This document shows, in pieces, positions 1 through 6,867 of a stretch of DNA of 32,852 nucleotides. Where the stretch lies: the IMG/VR virus record IMGVR_UViG_3300026549_000024; one strand, given 5' to 3'. Every line of letters starts with the position of its first letter. Within the stretch, counting starts at the first letter, position 1. Both the position numbers and the translations under genes were made by a program. The notes under the pieces were generated by a model. The model did no database searches. It was given only the letters and a program-made list of their open reading frames with translations, and was not told the DNA's origin. The stretch is from a virus.

Positions 1-66
1 CTGTGAACTTCCTTTGACATGTCCCCTAAACGGGTGAGCGTACATCCTGGCAACTGAAAAAGTGTT

Positions 67-116
67 GAAAAACAGGGCTTCGCGGGCATTTCTGCTTGCC
101 AACAGCCCTGTTTTTT
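67..116 (+). terminator. Hairpin plus T-tract inside the IS left end, upstream of the transposase gene
   Basis: aacagggct (71-79) pairs with agccctgtt (104-112). Inner pairing ggca/tgcc (85-88/97-100). Followed by tttttt (111-116) and preceded by an A-run. Confidence 0.5.
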
Positions 117-165
117 GATAGAATTCTTTTAGGGTATTAGTACCCTCTAAAGATCAGCCAAGGAG

Positions 166-1911
166 GTGCCCATGTTCCTGGATTACAAAGTGCCGATTCC
201 CGACTCTCCCGGCAAGATTGTACGTAAGAATCGAGGTGGAAACACATATATCGAGTATGAGTACGACCGCTCCTACGACGCAACAAAGCAGTACACATAT
301 CCTAAGCGTGCATCGATTGGTCGGTTGGATCCTGATGATCCGACAAAGATGACGCCGAATGAGAACTATCTGAAGTATTTCGGCGATGAAGAACTGCCAA
401 GGGAGCACAGCCGTGACAGACGGAGTCCCTACCTGAACATCGGACCTTACGTGGTCCTTCATAAGGTAGTTGTGGATTACAAACTCGAGCAGCTGCTCAC
501 GAAGTTCATGTCCTCGGATGACGCCGGACTCCTTCTGGATCTTGCCTGCTACAGCATCATCTCAGAGAACAACGCCGCACAGTATTATCCGGATTACGCT
601 TATACCCATCCGCTGTTCACTCCGGACATGAGGATGTACACGGATTCGAAGGTGTCGGATTTCCTGAAGGAGCTGAAACCCGAAACAATCATCGGATTTC
701 TGAATGAGTGGAATGCATCGAGAAATAAAAAGCAGAAGGTATATTTCTCCTATGATTCCACAAACAAGAGCTGTCAGGCGGGTGATATTGATCTGGCAGA
801 GTATGGCAAGTCGAAGGTCGACGACGGGCAGCCGATCATCAACTACTCAGTGGCGTGTGACGTGGAGAACAAGGTGCCGCTCTTCTATGAGCTGTATCCC
901 GGCAGCATAAACGATGTGGCCCAGCTGACATGCATGGTCGACAAAGCGAAAGGATACGGCTACAGGAACATCGGATTCATCCTGGACAGAGGGTATTTCA
1001 GCAGAAAGAATCTCGTGCACATCGAAGAACAGGGATTCAGCTACCTGATCATGGTCAAGGGGATGAAGGAGTTCATTCAGGAGATCATCCTGAAGCACAA
1101 AGGGAAGTTTGAGAACAAGAGGGCCAAATACATCGAGCAGTACGATGTTTATGGAACGCAGACAGACCGGCCGCTGTTTGGAGACGAGAAAAAACGGCAC
1201 GTACATATTTATTACAGCGACGCGCGTGCGTACTCCGAGAAGAGTGAGATCAAGCAGATGATCCGCCGGCTGAAAGCCTATCTCGAAGCCTTCCAGGGCA
1301 AAGAATGCACATTCGGCGGGGAAATACAGAAGTACTTCTATCTTCATTATGAAGATGACGGCAAAACCTTTAAGATTGCTGAGGAGAACACGAAGGTGAT
1401 CGAACGGGAGCTGTCGCTGGCAGGGTACTTCGCGATCATTTCCTCCGATAACCTGACAGCAAGGGAAGCAATCGAACTGTACAAGAGCAGGGATGCCTCG
1501 GAGAAGCTGTTCAGAAGCGACAAGTCCTATCTCGGCAATAAGAGCATGCGGGTAGCATCTGAGGAATCGCTGGAATCCAAGACGTTCATACAGTTCATAG
1601 CCCTGATCCTGCGTGCGAAGATTTATACATGCCTGAAGGATAAATGCATTTCAATGCTGAAGCACCCGAACTACATGACAGTTCCGGCCGCGTTGAAAGA
1701 ATTGGAGAAGATCGTTGTGATCCGTCAGCTCGACGGGGTATACCGGCTGGATCATGCGGTTACAGCAAGACAGAAAACGATACTGAGCGCGTTCGGTTTG
1801 AATGAAGCCAATGTCCGGTACAGGGCGAATGAGATCGGAAAGGTTCTGAAGGAGCAGAACAATACAGCAGTCAGTCAGGAGGAAGATGAAGATGGCGAGG
1901 ATGAGACGTAA
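166..1911 (+). CDS. DDE transposase, IS4 superfamily (IS1634-like)
   Basis: 581-aa ORF with aaggagg RBS ending 8 nt upstream of the start. Candidate DDE residues in YFSYDSTN and FILDRGYFS. IS4-type Y-2-R-3-E-6-K signature in YKSRDASEKLFRSDK. Confidence 0.85.
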   Translation: MPMFLDYKVPIPDSPGKIVRKNRGGNTYIEYEYDRSYDATKQYTYPKRASIGRLDPDDPTKMTPNENYLKYFGDEELPREHSRDRRSPYLNIGPYVVLHKVVVDYKLEQLLTKFMSSDDAGLLLDLACYSIISENNAAQYYPDYAYTHPLFTPDMRMYTDSKVSDFLKELKPETIIGFLNEWNASRNKKQKVYFSYDSTNKSCQAGDIDLAEYGKSKVDDGQPIINYSVACDVENKVPLFYELYPGSINDVAQLTCMVDKAKGYGYRNIGFILDRGYFSRKNLVHIEEQGFSYLIMVKGMKEFIQEIILKHKGKFENKRAKYIEQYDVYGTQTDRPLFGDEKKRHVHIYYSDARAYSEKSEIKQMIRRLKAYLEAFQGKECTFGGEIQKYFYLHYEDDGKTFKIAEENTKVIERELSLAGYFAIISSDNLTAREAIELYKSRDASEKLFRSDKSYLGNKSMRVASEESLESKTFIQFIALILRAKIYTCLKDKCISMLKHPNYMTVPAALKELEKIVVIRQLDGVYRLDHAVTARQKTILSAFGLNEANVRYRANEIGKVLKEQNNTAVSQEEDEDGEDET

Positions 1912-2134
1912 CAGTGAGCAGACACTGGCACTGAAGATCGAGCAGGCACAGGCGAAGGTGGCACGGACCAGGGAAGCGCATGATAAGGCGGTCGATGAAT
2001 ACAAACGACTGCTGGATATCCAGAAGGAATGTCAGAAGGAGACCTTGCTGAAGGCACTGGAGTCAAGCACACGGTCGTTCGACGAGATTCTGGCATTCAT
2101 CACATCGCCGGCGGCATCTACGGAAGAAGTATAA
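1886..2134 (+). CDS. Small coiled-coil ORF inside the IS, overlapping the transposase 3' end (function unknown)
   Basis: 82-aa ORF overlaps the transposase end by 26 nt. Protein-like helical, charged composition. Followed by a 13-bp perfect hairpin. No recognisable motif. Confidence 0.4.
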   Translation: MKMARMRRNSEQTLALKIEQAQAKVARTREAHDKAVDEYKRLLDIQKECQKETLLKALESSTRSFDEILAFITSPAASTEEV

Positions 2135-2151
2135 AACGTTCGCATAAGCCA

Positions 2152-2189
2152 ACGGCATCACTGGTTGCTGAATCCGCCAGTGATGCCGT
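2152..2189 (+). terminator. 13-bp perfect stem-loop downstream of the IS ORF2 (possible terminator or transposase-binding structure)
   Basis: acggcatcactgg (2152-2164) pairs with ccagtgatgccgt (2177-2189) across a 12-nt loop. Followed by aaaatttt rather than a clean T-tract. Confidence 0.3.
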
Positions 2190-2239
2190 AAAATTTTACT
2201 CAGAAATCCTTTAGGGTACTTTTCAAAGGAAGTTCACAG

Positions 2240-2340
2240 TTTCGTGCCTTGAAGTCGCGACGGAAGGATCGAACACATGGATCCGGACGCCTTCGGGGTG
2301 GTTAGCCGCCTATTATGACGGCGACATTTATATCAAATAA
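2240..2340 (+). pseudogene. Displaced 3' end of the endolysin gene (C-terminal part of the SH3-like wall-binding domain)
   Basis: Reading from 2242 gives SCLEVATEGSNTWIRTPSGWLAAYYDGDIYIK-stop (stop 2338-2340). This continues in frame from ...LQKGTRV at 32722 once the IS and one TTT copy are removed. Confidence 0.75.
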
Positions 2341-2442
2341 AGAAGAAAGGGGGATCCGGATCCGGTCAAGGGCGGGTCAAGTAACACATTCACAAATACC
2401 TTCTTTATGGTCAAGGAATAGGGATATATCACACGGAACAGG

Positions 2443-2471
2443 GGACGTCGAAAGAAAATCGGCGTCCTTTT
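2443..2471 (+). terminator. Putative intrinsic terminator downstream of the original lysin stop
   Basis: ggacgtcg (2443-2450) pairs with cggcgtcc (2460-2467) with one G-U pair, followed by tttt. Confidence 0.45.
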
Positions 2472-2538
2472 GTTAATGGAATAGAAAGAATATTGTGTTA
2501 TATTAGTAAAGCGAAAACGAATGAAAGGAATTAAAACC

Positions 2539-2745
2539 ATGTCAGATCAATATAATTTCAGCAGGCCGGAAATCGAAAAGATGATTGAACAGCAGGATAT
2601 TACAAAGGATCCGCCGACTGAAGAACCGTTCAGGCAGTATTATTTTATTAAGAAAATGCGGGACTACGTAAAAAGAATGTCCGCTGAATTAGGCCGCCCG
2701 CTTACCGCGTGTACGAAAACATTCGGTTGTCAGATGATTTTCTAA
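2539..2745 (+). CDS. miaB: Phage-borne 5' fragment resembling the N-terminus of the tRNA methylthiotransferase MiaB, ending just after the TFGCQM motif
   Basis: MSDQYNFSRPEIEKMIEQQ...FRQYYFIKKMRDYVKRMSAELGRPLTACTKTFGCQM-IF-stop. From recall, the RQYYFI...GRPLT.C..TFGCQMN pattern is the N-terminal region and first Cys motif of clostridial-type MiaB. The ORF stops 2 codons after CQM. Its RBS (aaggaattaaaaccATG) matches the phage early-gene initiation motif. Confidence 0.6.
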   Translation: MSDQYNFSRPEIEKMIEQQDITKDPPTEEPFRQYYFIKKMRDYVKRMSAELGRPLTACTKTFGCQMIF

Positions 2746-2748
2746 CAC
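2709..2748. other. Candidate attP core for the serine integrase (imperfect 40-bp dyad)
   Basis: gtgtacgaaaacattcggtt | gtcagatgattttctaacac. 12 of 20 positions are symmetric, including outer GTGT/ACAC and GAAAA/TTTTC. The centre lies at 2728/2729 in the Gly-Cys codons of TFGCQM. It sits 245 bp from the integrase 3' end. Confidence 0.5.
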
Positions 2749-2955
2749 GGGACGTGGAAAACGCCGAAAATAAAGGATTCCTGAAAACAGAAAACACGAT
2801 TCCGGCCGAACTTGTGGACAATATCGGGCGAAGTTGTGGACAGATAGAGAACAAAGAACGCCGTTCGGGTTTGCATTGCAGCAGATCCGGCGGCGTTTTG
2901 ATATGTCAAAAATATCTTTCAAAAACGTGAAGCATTTCAAAAGATATTCGCGGGA

Positions 2956-2997
2956 TATGTACATTCAAATGTACATAAAATGAATACTTTTATTCAT
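2956..2997 (-). terminator. Two AT-rich hairpins at and after the integrase stop codon (likely int terminator)
   Basis: atgaata/tattcat (2980-2986/2991-2997) is followed on the minus strand by a T-run. Next comes the 9-bp-arm palindrome tatgtacat-tcaa-atgtacata (2956-2977). Confidence 0.4.
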
Positions 2998-4708
2998 TCC
3001 AGACGAAGCGGTTCCGAAGGCCGTTCTTGAAGACGATTTCAGACGGACGGGCTTTCTTTACGGTCACATGGTCAAGAACAAGGTTCACAAAATCCTTCAG
3101 GACTTTCGGATCGACGGAAGCGGCCAACGTCTGATAATCAATTTCTTCGCCTGATTGGATCTTGCAGGAAACAAGAAAGGAAGAAGCGGAGTTCACAAAG
3201 GACAGTTCAGACACATGTTCAAAGGAATCTTCTTCGGCGTCGGCGATCTTGTTCCGAACTCGCGTCAGCTTTTCCGTCAGTTCGGAACGGGTCGAGAGGT
3301 ATTCGTTTTCAGGGATCGCCGTATCATCAAACAGGAAAGCATTCTTCAGGCGTTCAAGCGCCCGTGAATACTTTTGTTCTTCTTTTCTCAATTCCGTCAG
3401 ATCCGGCCGCGGTTCCTCCTTGATCGGCGCGGGGATATAGGTCGAAGATCCGGAAACGGCAGCGGGCGAACGGATCACCTGAAGGATAACGTTCAGATCT
3501 TCCGGGTTTATGCAGCGGACGCCCTGAAAGGCGTTTCCGCGAAGAAGGACAGATTCAAGTTCTGCTGCCGACGCGATTTTCTTCCGGTTCTTCGTTGCCT
3601 GAATGATATTCGAGATATATTGGAAGACAAAAGGCCCGACGATCACTTCGGAAGCATACGGGGCAGAACAGGCGCGATATGTCCGGCGCGAAGTACAGAC
3701 ATAAAGCGACGGCCGGAAGCCGTTCGCCCGCTGCTTATCCGTCGAAGCGGCTTGCATTCCGGCGCCGCAATCAGCGCAGCGAAGCAGGCCCGCGAAGACG
3801 TGGATCCGCTTATCCTGCCGTGATCGGCCGGACATTCGTTTCACTTCGTTGTTATGGTCAAGGGTAGTGTTCACGCGATCCCACAATTCGGGATCTACAA
3901 GCGGCGGGAATACGCCGGGAACATAAATAACCTGATCTTCCGGTTTTTTCCTTCCGCGGGCTGAATTTCGGTAATTATACCGATAATCGCCTTTATTCAT
4001 CGGGTTCCGAAGATATACGGCAAGGCTTGACGTATTCCAACGGCCGCCGCGCTTCGTCGCGATATTATGGTCATAACAGTAATCGCGAAGTTTTGAAGTT
4101 GAATGAAGCTGATCATATTGTTCGTAAAGTGCCCGGGCAGCGTCAGCTTCTTCAGGATCGTGTTCAGGGAATTCCGTTTTGGGGTTCCATTTCCAACCGA
4201 ACGGCATTCGGGCGCCGTTCCATTTCTTTTCAAGCGCCCGTCCGATCATAACGTCCGTCACACGTTCAGACGTCAATTTCCTTTCAAGTTCAGCGAAAAC
4301 AAGAATGATCTTCAGGACGGCTTCGCCGATTGCGGAAGACGTGTCGAATTGTTCATTTAAAGAAACGAACGTCACATAATACTTTTTGAATTCGTCATAC
4401 ATTAAAGAGAAATCGACAAGGTTCCGCGATATCCGGTCAATCTTATAAACGACGACGTGGGACACTTGCCCGGCGCGAATCTTCTTTATCATTCGTTGAT
4501 ATCCGGGGCGGTCGGTATTCTTCCCGGATTTTCCGGCGTCTTCAAAGATTTCATAATTTGTTTTATGAAGGATATGTTCACAATATGCCTTCAGTTCCTT
4601 CTTCTGGAAAGGAAGCGAATCTTTATCAACCTGATATCCGGTCGAAACGCGGACATATAGGGCGACAATCTTTTCTTCTTTCATGGCTTGATTCCTTCCG
4701 ACGGTCAT
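2990..4708 (-). CDS. Large serine recombinase (phage integrase)
   Basis: 572 aa. N-terminal resolvase domain with ALYVRVSTGYQ (catalytic Ser) and VYKIDRISRN. Recombinase domain (GGRWNTSSLAVYLRNPMNKG). Zn-ribbon (LLRCADCGAGM...YVCTSR). C-terminal coiled-coil-like region. Confidence 0.9.
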   Translation of the reverse strand: MTVGRNQAMKEEKIVALYVRVSTGYQVDKDSLPFQKKELKAYCEHILHKTNYEIFEDAGKSGKNTDRPGYQRMIKKIRAGQVSHVVVYKIDRISRNLVDFSLMYDEFKKYYVTFVSLNEQFDTSSAIGEAVLKIILVFAELERKLTSERVTDVMIGRALEKKWNGARMPFGWKWNPKTEFPEHDPEEADAARALYEQYDQLHSTSKLRDYCYDHNIATKRGGRWNTSSLAVYLRNPMNKGDYRYNYRNSARGRKKPEDQVIYVPGVFPPLVDPELWDRVNTTLDHNNEVKRMSGRSRQDKRIHVFAGLLRCADCGAGMQAASTDKQRANGFRPSLYVCTSRRTYRACSAPYASEVIVGPFVFQYISNIIQATKNRKKIASAAELESVLLRGNAFQGVRCINPEDLNVILQVIRSPAAVSGSSTYIPAPIKEEPRPDLTELRKEEQKYSRALERLKNAFLFDDTAIPENEYLSTRSELTEKLTRVRNKIADAEEDSFEHVSELSFVNSASSFLVSCKIQSGEEIDYQTLAASVDPKVLKDFVNLVLDHVTVKKARPSEIVFKNGLRNRFVWNE

Positions 4709-5112
4709 TCTACTTTAGAATTAAAAAGGTATGAGGAAATAACAACGTCGTCAAAACGGTCAAGGTCAGAAATATCGCAGATATTCGCCCTCCAGAACCG
4801 GACGCCTTTATTCTTTTGCGCCGCAAATCGCGGATCGTCGGGTGAAATATCAAGATTTAAGGCAGCAACAGAAAGCCAACGCGCCCGCGGCGTATATTTG
4901 AAACGAAGGAAATCATTCGGGCCGCAGCACAAAGAAAGATAGTTGTCGGAACGCCTTTCAAGAGAAACAGACGCGTCGGGATATTTGGATTTAATAGCAG
5001 AAATAAAATGTTCAGAAATCAGGAGATCATCTTCAGAAGCGTTCAGATCCTTGTCAAATTGCGATTTAACAGTCAAAACGCCGTTTTCGTATTTGATAAT
5101 AATTCCGTTCAT
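4705..5112 (-). CDS. Hypothetical protein in the lysogeny operon (between repressor and integrase)
   Basis: 135-aa ORF. Its stop overlaps the integrase start (ATGA overlap) and its start lies 3 nt after the repressor stop. No recognisable motif. Confidence 0.6.
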   Translation of the reverse strand: MNGIIIKYENGVLTVKSQFDKDLNASEDDLLISEHFISAIKSKYPDASVSLERRSDNYLSLCCGPNDFLRFKYTPRARWLSVAALNLDISPDDPRFAAQKNKGVRFWRANICDISDLDRFDDVVISSYLFNSKVE

Positions 5113-5115
5113 GTT

Positions 5116-5490
5116 TCATTTCCTTTCATTCATTTCTTCATTTATTCCAACAGAACGAAGGACAACGGATTGTTCGGCGTCCGAAAGCTGCCGGAAGTGG
5201 ATTATTAAAGAATATTCCGTGTCAGAAAGAACAAGCGGCGGCAGCTTCGCGTCAGTATGTCCGATCAGCTGATCTTCAGAGACTTCAAGCGCGGCGGCAA
5301 TGCGTTTTAGCATGGAAAGATTGATCCGGCGGGTTCCGGTTTCATATCCTGAATACGTACTTTGCGAAATCCCGATTTTTTTCGCCGCTTCAGCTTGTGA
5401 AAGATTCAACGCGTTCCGCGCTTCTGCTATATTTCGGCCTAGTGATTCATATTCGGGGGATCGTGCTGCCGCCGTTCGCGTTCTCGCCAT
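5116..5490 (-). CDS. XRE-family HTH repressor (CI-like)
   Basis: 124 aa. HTH_3 signature LSQAEAAKKIGISQSTYSGYETGTRRINLSMLKRIAAAL. Divergent from a Cro-like gene. RBS aggaagg. Confidence 0.85.
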   Translation of the reverse strand: MARTRTAAARSPEYESLGRNIAEARNALNLSQAEAAKKIGISQSTYSGYETGTRRINLSMLKRIAAALEVSEDQLIGHTDAKLPPLVLSDTEYSLIIHFRQLSDAEQSVVLRSVGINEEMNERK

Positions 5491-5528
5491 ATTCTAAACG
5501 CCTTCCTTTCGTCATTCGTCACGCCTTC

Positions 5529-5557
5529 ATTATAAACGCAAAAATGCGTTATAACAA
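5529..5557 (-). promoter_or_regulatory. Leftward promoter for the repressor operon
   Basis: On the minus strand: TTGTTA (5557-5552), 17-nt spacer, TATAAT (5534-5529). The spacer is occupied by the palindromic operator. Confidence 0.5.
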
Positions 5558-5660
5558 GAGAATAAACGCAAACAGAAATATAATAACAGCAAAAAACATA
5601 TTGACATAAACGCGGAACGCAGTTATTTTATAAGAAGTGAATACCGCGAAACGCGTTTAT
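5531..5660. promoter_or_regulatory. Operator set: repeated ATAAACGC motif in the immunity intergenic region
   Basis: ATAAACGC occurs at 5532-5539, 5562-5569 and 5606-5613 (+) and at 5653-5660 (-). An imperfect inverted partner tgcgttataa lies at 5545-5554. A further copy sits at 5930-5937 downstream of the Cro-like gene. Confidence 0.5.
5601..5629 (+). promoter_or_regulatory. Rightward early promoter
   Basis: TTGACA (5601-5606), 17-nt spacer, TATTTT (5624-5629), about 60 nt upstream of the Cro-like start. An ATAAACGC motif overlaps positions 5606-5613. Confidence 0.55.
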
Positions 5661-5688
5661 TCTGTTTTAGAAAGGAGATCAAACCGAC

Positions 5689-5916
5689 ATGGCAAAAATG
5701 CTTATTAACATTTATCCGGGGCTTCGGGCAGAAATGGCAAGGTTCGGCGACAATGCCGAAACGCTTTCGAAGGTTCTGAATATTAGCGTGGACAGCGTTC
5801 GAAGAAGGCTTCGCGGGGAATACGAATTCGACATTAACGAAATCAGGATCCTTATGAACAGATACGGGAAGACGTTTGAAGAACTTTTCAGCACCGCCGA
5901 AAGGGTCACAGCTTAA
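5689..5916 (+). CDS. Cro-like / small HTH early regulator
   Basis: 75 aa, first gene of the rightward operon. HTH-like segment AETLSKVLNISVDSVRRRLRGE. Confidence 0.7.
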   Translation: MAKMLINIYPGLRAEMARFGDNAETLSKVLNISVDSVRRRLRGEYEFDINEIRILMNRYGKTFEELFSTAERVTA

Positions 5917-5931
5917 TTTTTTATTCAAAAT

Positions 5932-5951
5932 AAACGCGAATGGCGTTTTTT
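5932..5951 (+). terminator. Weak short-stem terminator-like hairpin after the Cro-like gene
   Basis: aaacgc-gaatg-gcgttt followed by a T-run. Overlaps a fifth ATAAACGC motif. Confidence 0.3.
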
Positions 5952-5970
5952 GAAAGAAAGGAATCAAATC

Positions 5971-6402
5971 ATGAACAAAACATTATTCAGCAGTAATTCG
6001 GAAGAATGGGCGACGCCGGGGGACTTCTTCGAAGAACTGAACAGGGAATTCAAGTTCGATCTTGATCCTTGCGCGACGGCAGAGAACCACAAAACGCCGA
6101 AGTTCTTCACGAAAGAACAGAACGGGCTTCTTCAGGATTGGGGGGGGCAGCGGGTTTTTTGTAATCCGCCCTACGGCCGGAAAATCGGGGACTGGATCGC
6201 GAAGGCATACGAAGAAGGACACAAAGACGGAACGATCGTCGTTCTTCTTATTCCGGCAAGGACAGACACGAAGTATTTTCACGATTACATCCTGAACCGG
6301 TCAGAAATCAGATTCGTAAAAGGCCGCCTGAAGTTCGGCGGGGTCGATCAGTCGGCGCCGTTCCCTTCAATGGTCGTTATCTTCAGGGGGCCGGGAATGT
6401 AA
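5971..6402 (+). CDS. DNA N6-adenine methyltransferase, phage Dam family
   Basis: Start moved to the ATG at 5971 (RBS aaaggaatcaaatcATG). EWATPGDFF, DPCA and the catalytic NPPY motif (VFCNPPYGR) are typical of the phage Dam-type N6A-MTase family. Confidence 0.8.
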   Translation: MNKTLFSSNSEEWATPGDFFEELNREFKFDLDPCATAENHKTPKFFTKEQNGLLQDWGGQRVFCNPPYGRKIGDWIAKAYEEGHKDGTIVVLLIPARTDTKYFHDYILNRSEIRFVKGRLKFGGVDQSAPFPSMVVIFRGPGM

Positions 6403-6441
6403 AAGCAGCAGCCGGAGCGTGAGAAAGGAAGGAATCAAACC

Positions 6442-6651
6442 ATGATGAACATTGACGAAGAAGAAAAGGACATCCGGGTTTGCCCGGTATGCGGAAAAGA
6501 AGTTGAACGGTCAAATATGTTATTCACACACGACTGTCACGGGATCCCGTTCCGGCTTGTTTGTTCCCGTTGTTGGGAAAAGCTTATGTCGAAAGGTTAC
6601 GACGGCGAATATTACACGGAAGCAGACGAACAGATCGAACCGGATTATTAA
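6442..6651 (+). CDS. Small Cys-rich (zinc-ribbon-like) protein
   Basis: 69 aa. CPVCG...CHG...CSRCW. Conserved initiation motif ggaatcaaaccATG. Confidence 0.65.
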   Translation: MMNIDEEEKDIRVCPVCGKEVERSNMLFTHDCHGIPFRLVCSRCWEKLMSKGYDGEYYTEADEQIEPDY

Positions 6652-6666
6652 CGAAAGGCGGGGGCA

Positions 6667-6867
6667 ATGGGAATTTATAACAACAAGCTGATGTTTCAGA
6701 TCAGTCAGATCATTAAACGCTGCAATGAAGACTTGAAGAAAGACACGATTCAGACGCGCGACAGCTATTACCAGATAAAGGCGTTCCATTATGACAGCAT
6801 TGAAAAGCTTGTCAGGAGGGCAGCGGAAGAAGAAGAACAGGAGAGGCAGCAGGAAGGGCAGGAATGA
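6667..6867 (+). CDS. Hypothetical early protein
   Basis: 66-aa ORF in the same-strand early array. RBS motif gaaaggcgggggcaATG. Confidence 0.55.
   Translation: MGIYNNKLMFQISQIIKRCNEDLKKDTIQTRDSYYQIKAFHYDSIEKLVRRAAEEEEQERQQEGQE

Larger units (their letters stand above)
1..2239 (+). mobile_element. Complete IS4/IS1634-family insertion sequence interrupting the phage endolysin gene
   Basis: Perfect 17-bp terminal inverted repeats: ctgtgaacttcctttga (1-17) and tcaaaggaagttcacag (2223-2239). Similarity continues imperfectly to about 31 bp. Encloses a 581-aa DDE transposase. TTT flanks both sides (32723-32725 and 2240-2242). The two flanks join into one in-frame lysin ORF. Confidence 0.85.

Noticed and set aside
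1-127. The 127-bp terminal direct repeat as a biological phage DTR or LTR
   Set aside because: The repeat is the IS left end and begins exactly at the IS boundary. Its length equals a typical maximal assembler k-mer. The genome also has an HNH/cos-type packaging module. An assembly overlap of a circular path is the simpler explanation.
154-1347. Several ORFs (102, 68, 166 and 60 aa) overlapping or antisense to the transposase gene
   Set aside because: All are contained within the 581-aa transposase CDS or its 5' region. None has an independent signal.
2689-2964. ORFs of 73 aa (plus strand) and 91 aa (minus strand) in the attP-int intergenic region
   Set aside because: They have no RBS, overlap each other and the repeat-rich noncoding region, and have implausible composition.
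5531-5937. Repeated ATAAACGC units as a possible CRISPR-like or tandem array
   Set aside because: The units are only 8 bp, irregularly spaced, in both orientations, and located in a divergent promoter region. Operator sites are the fitting interpretation.
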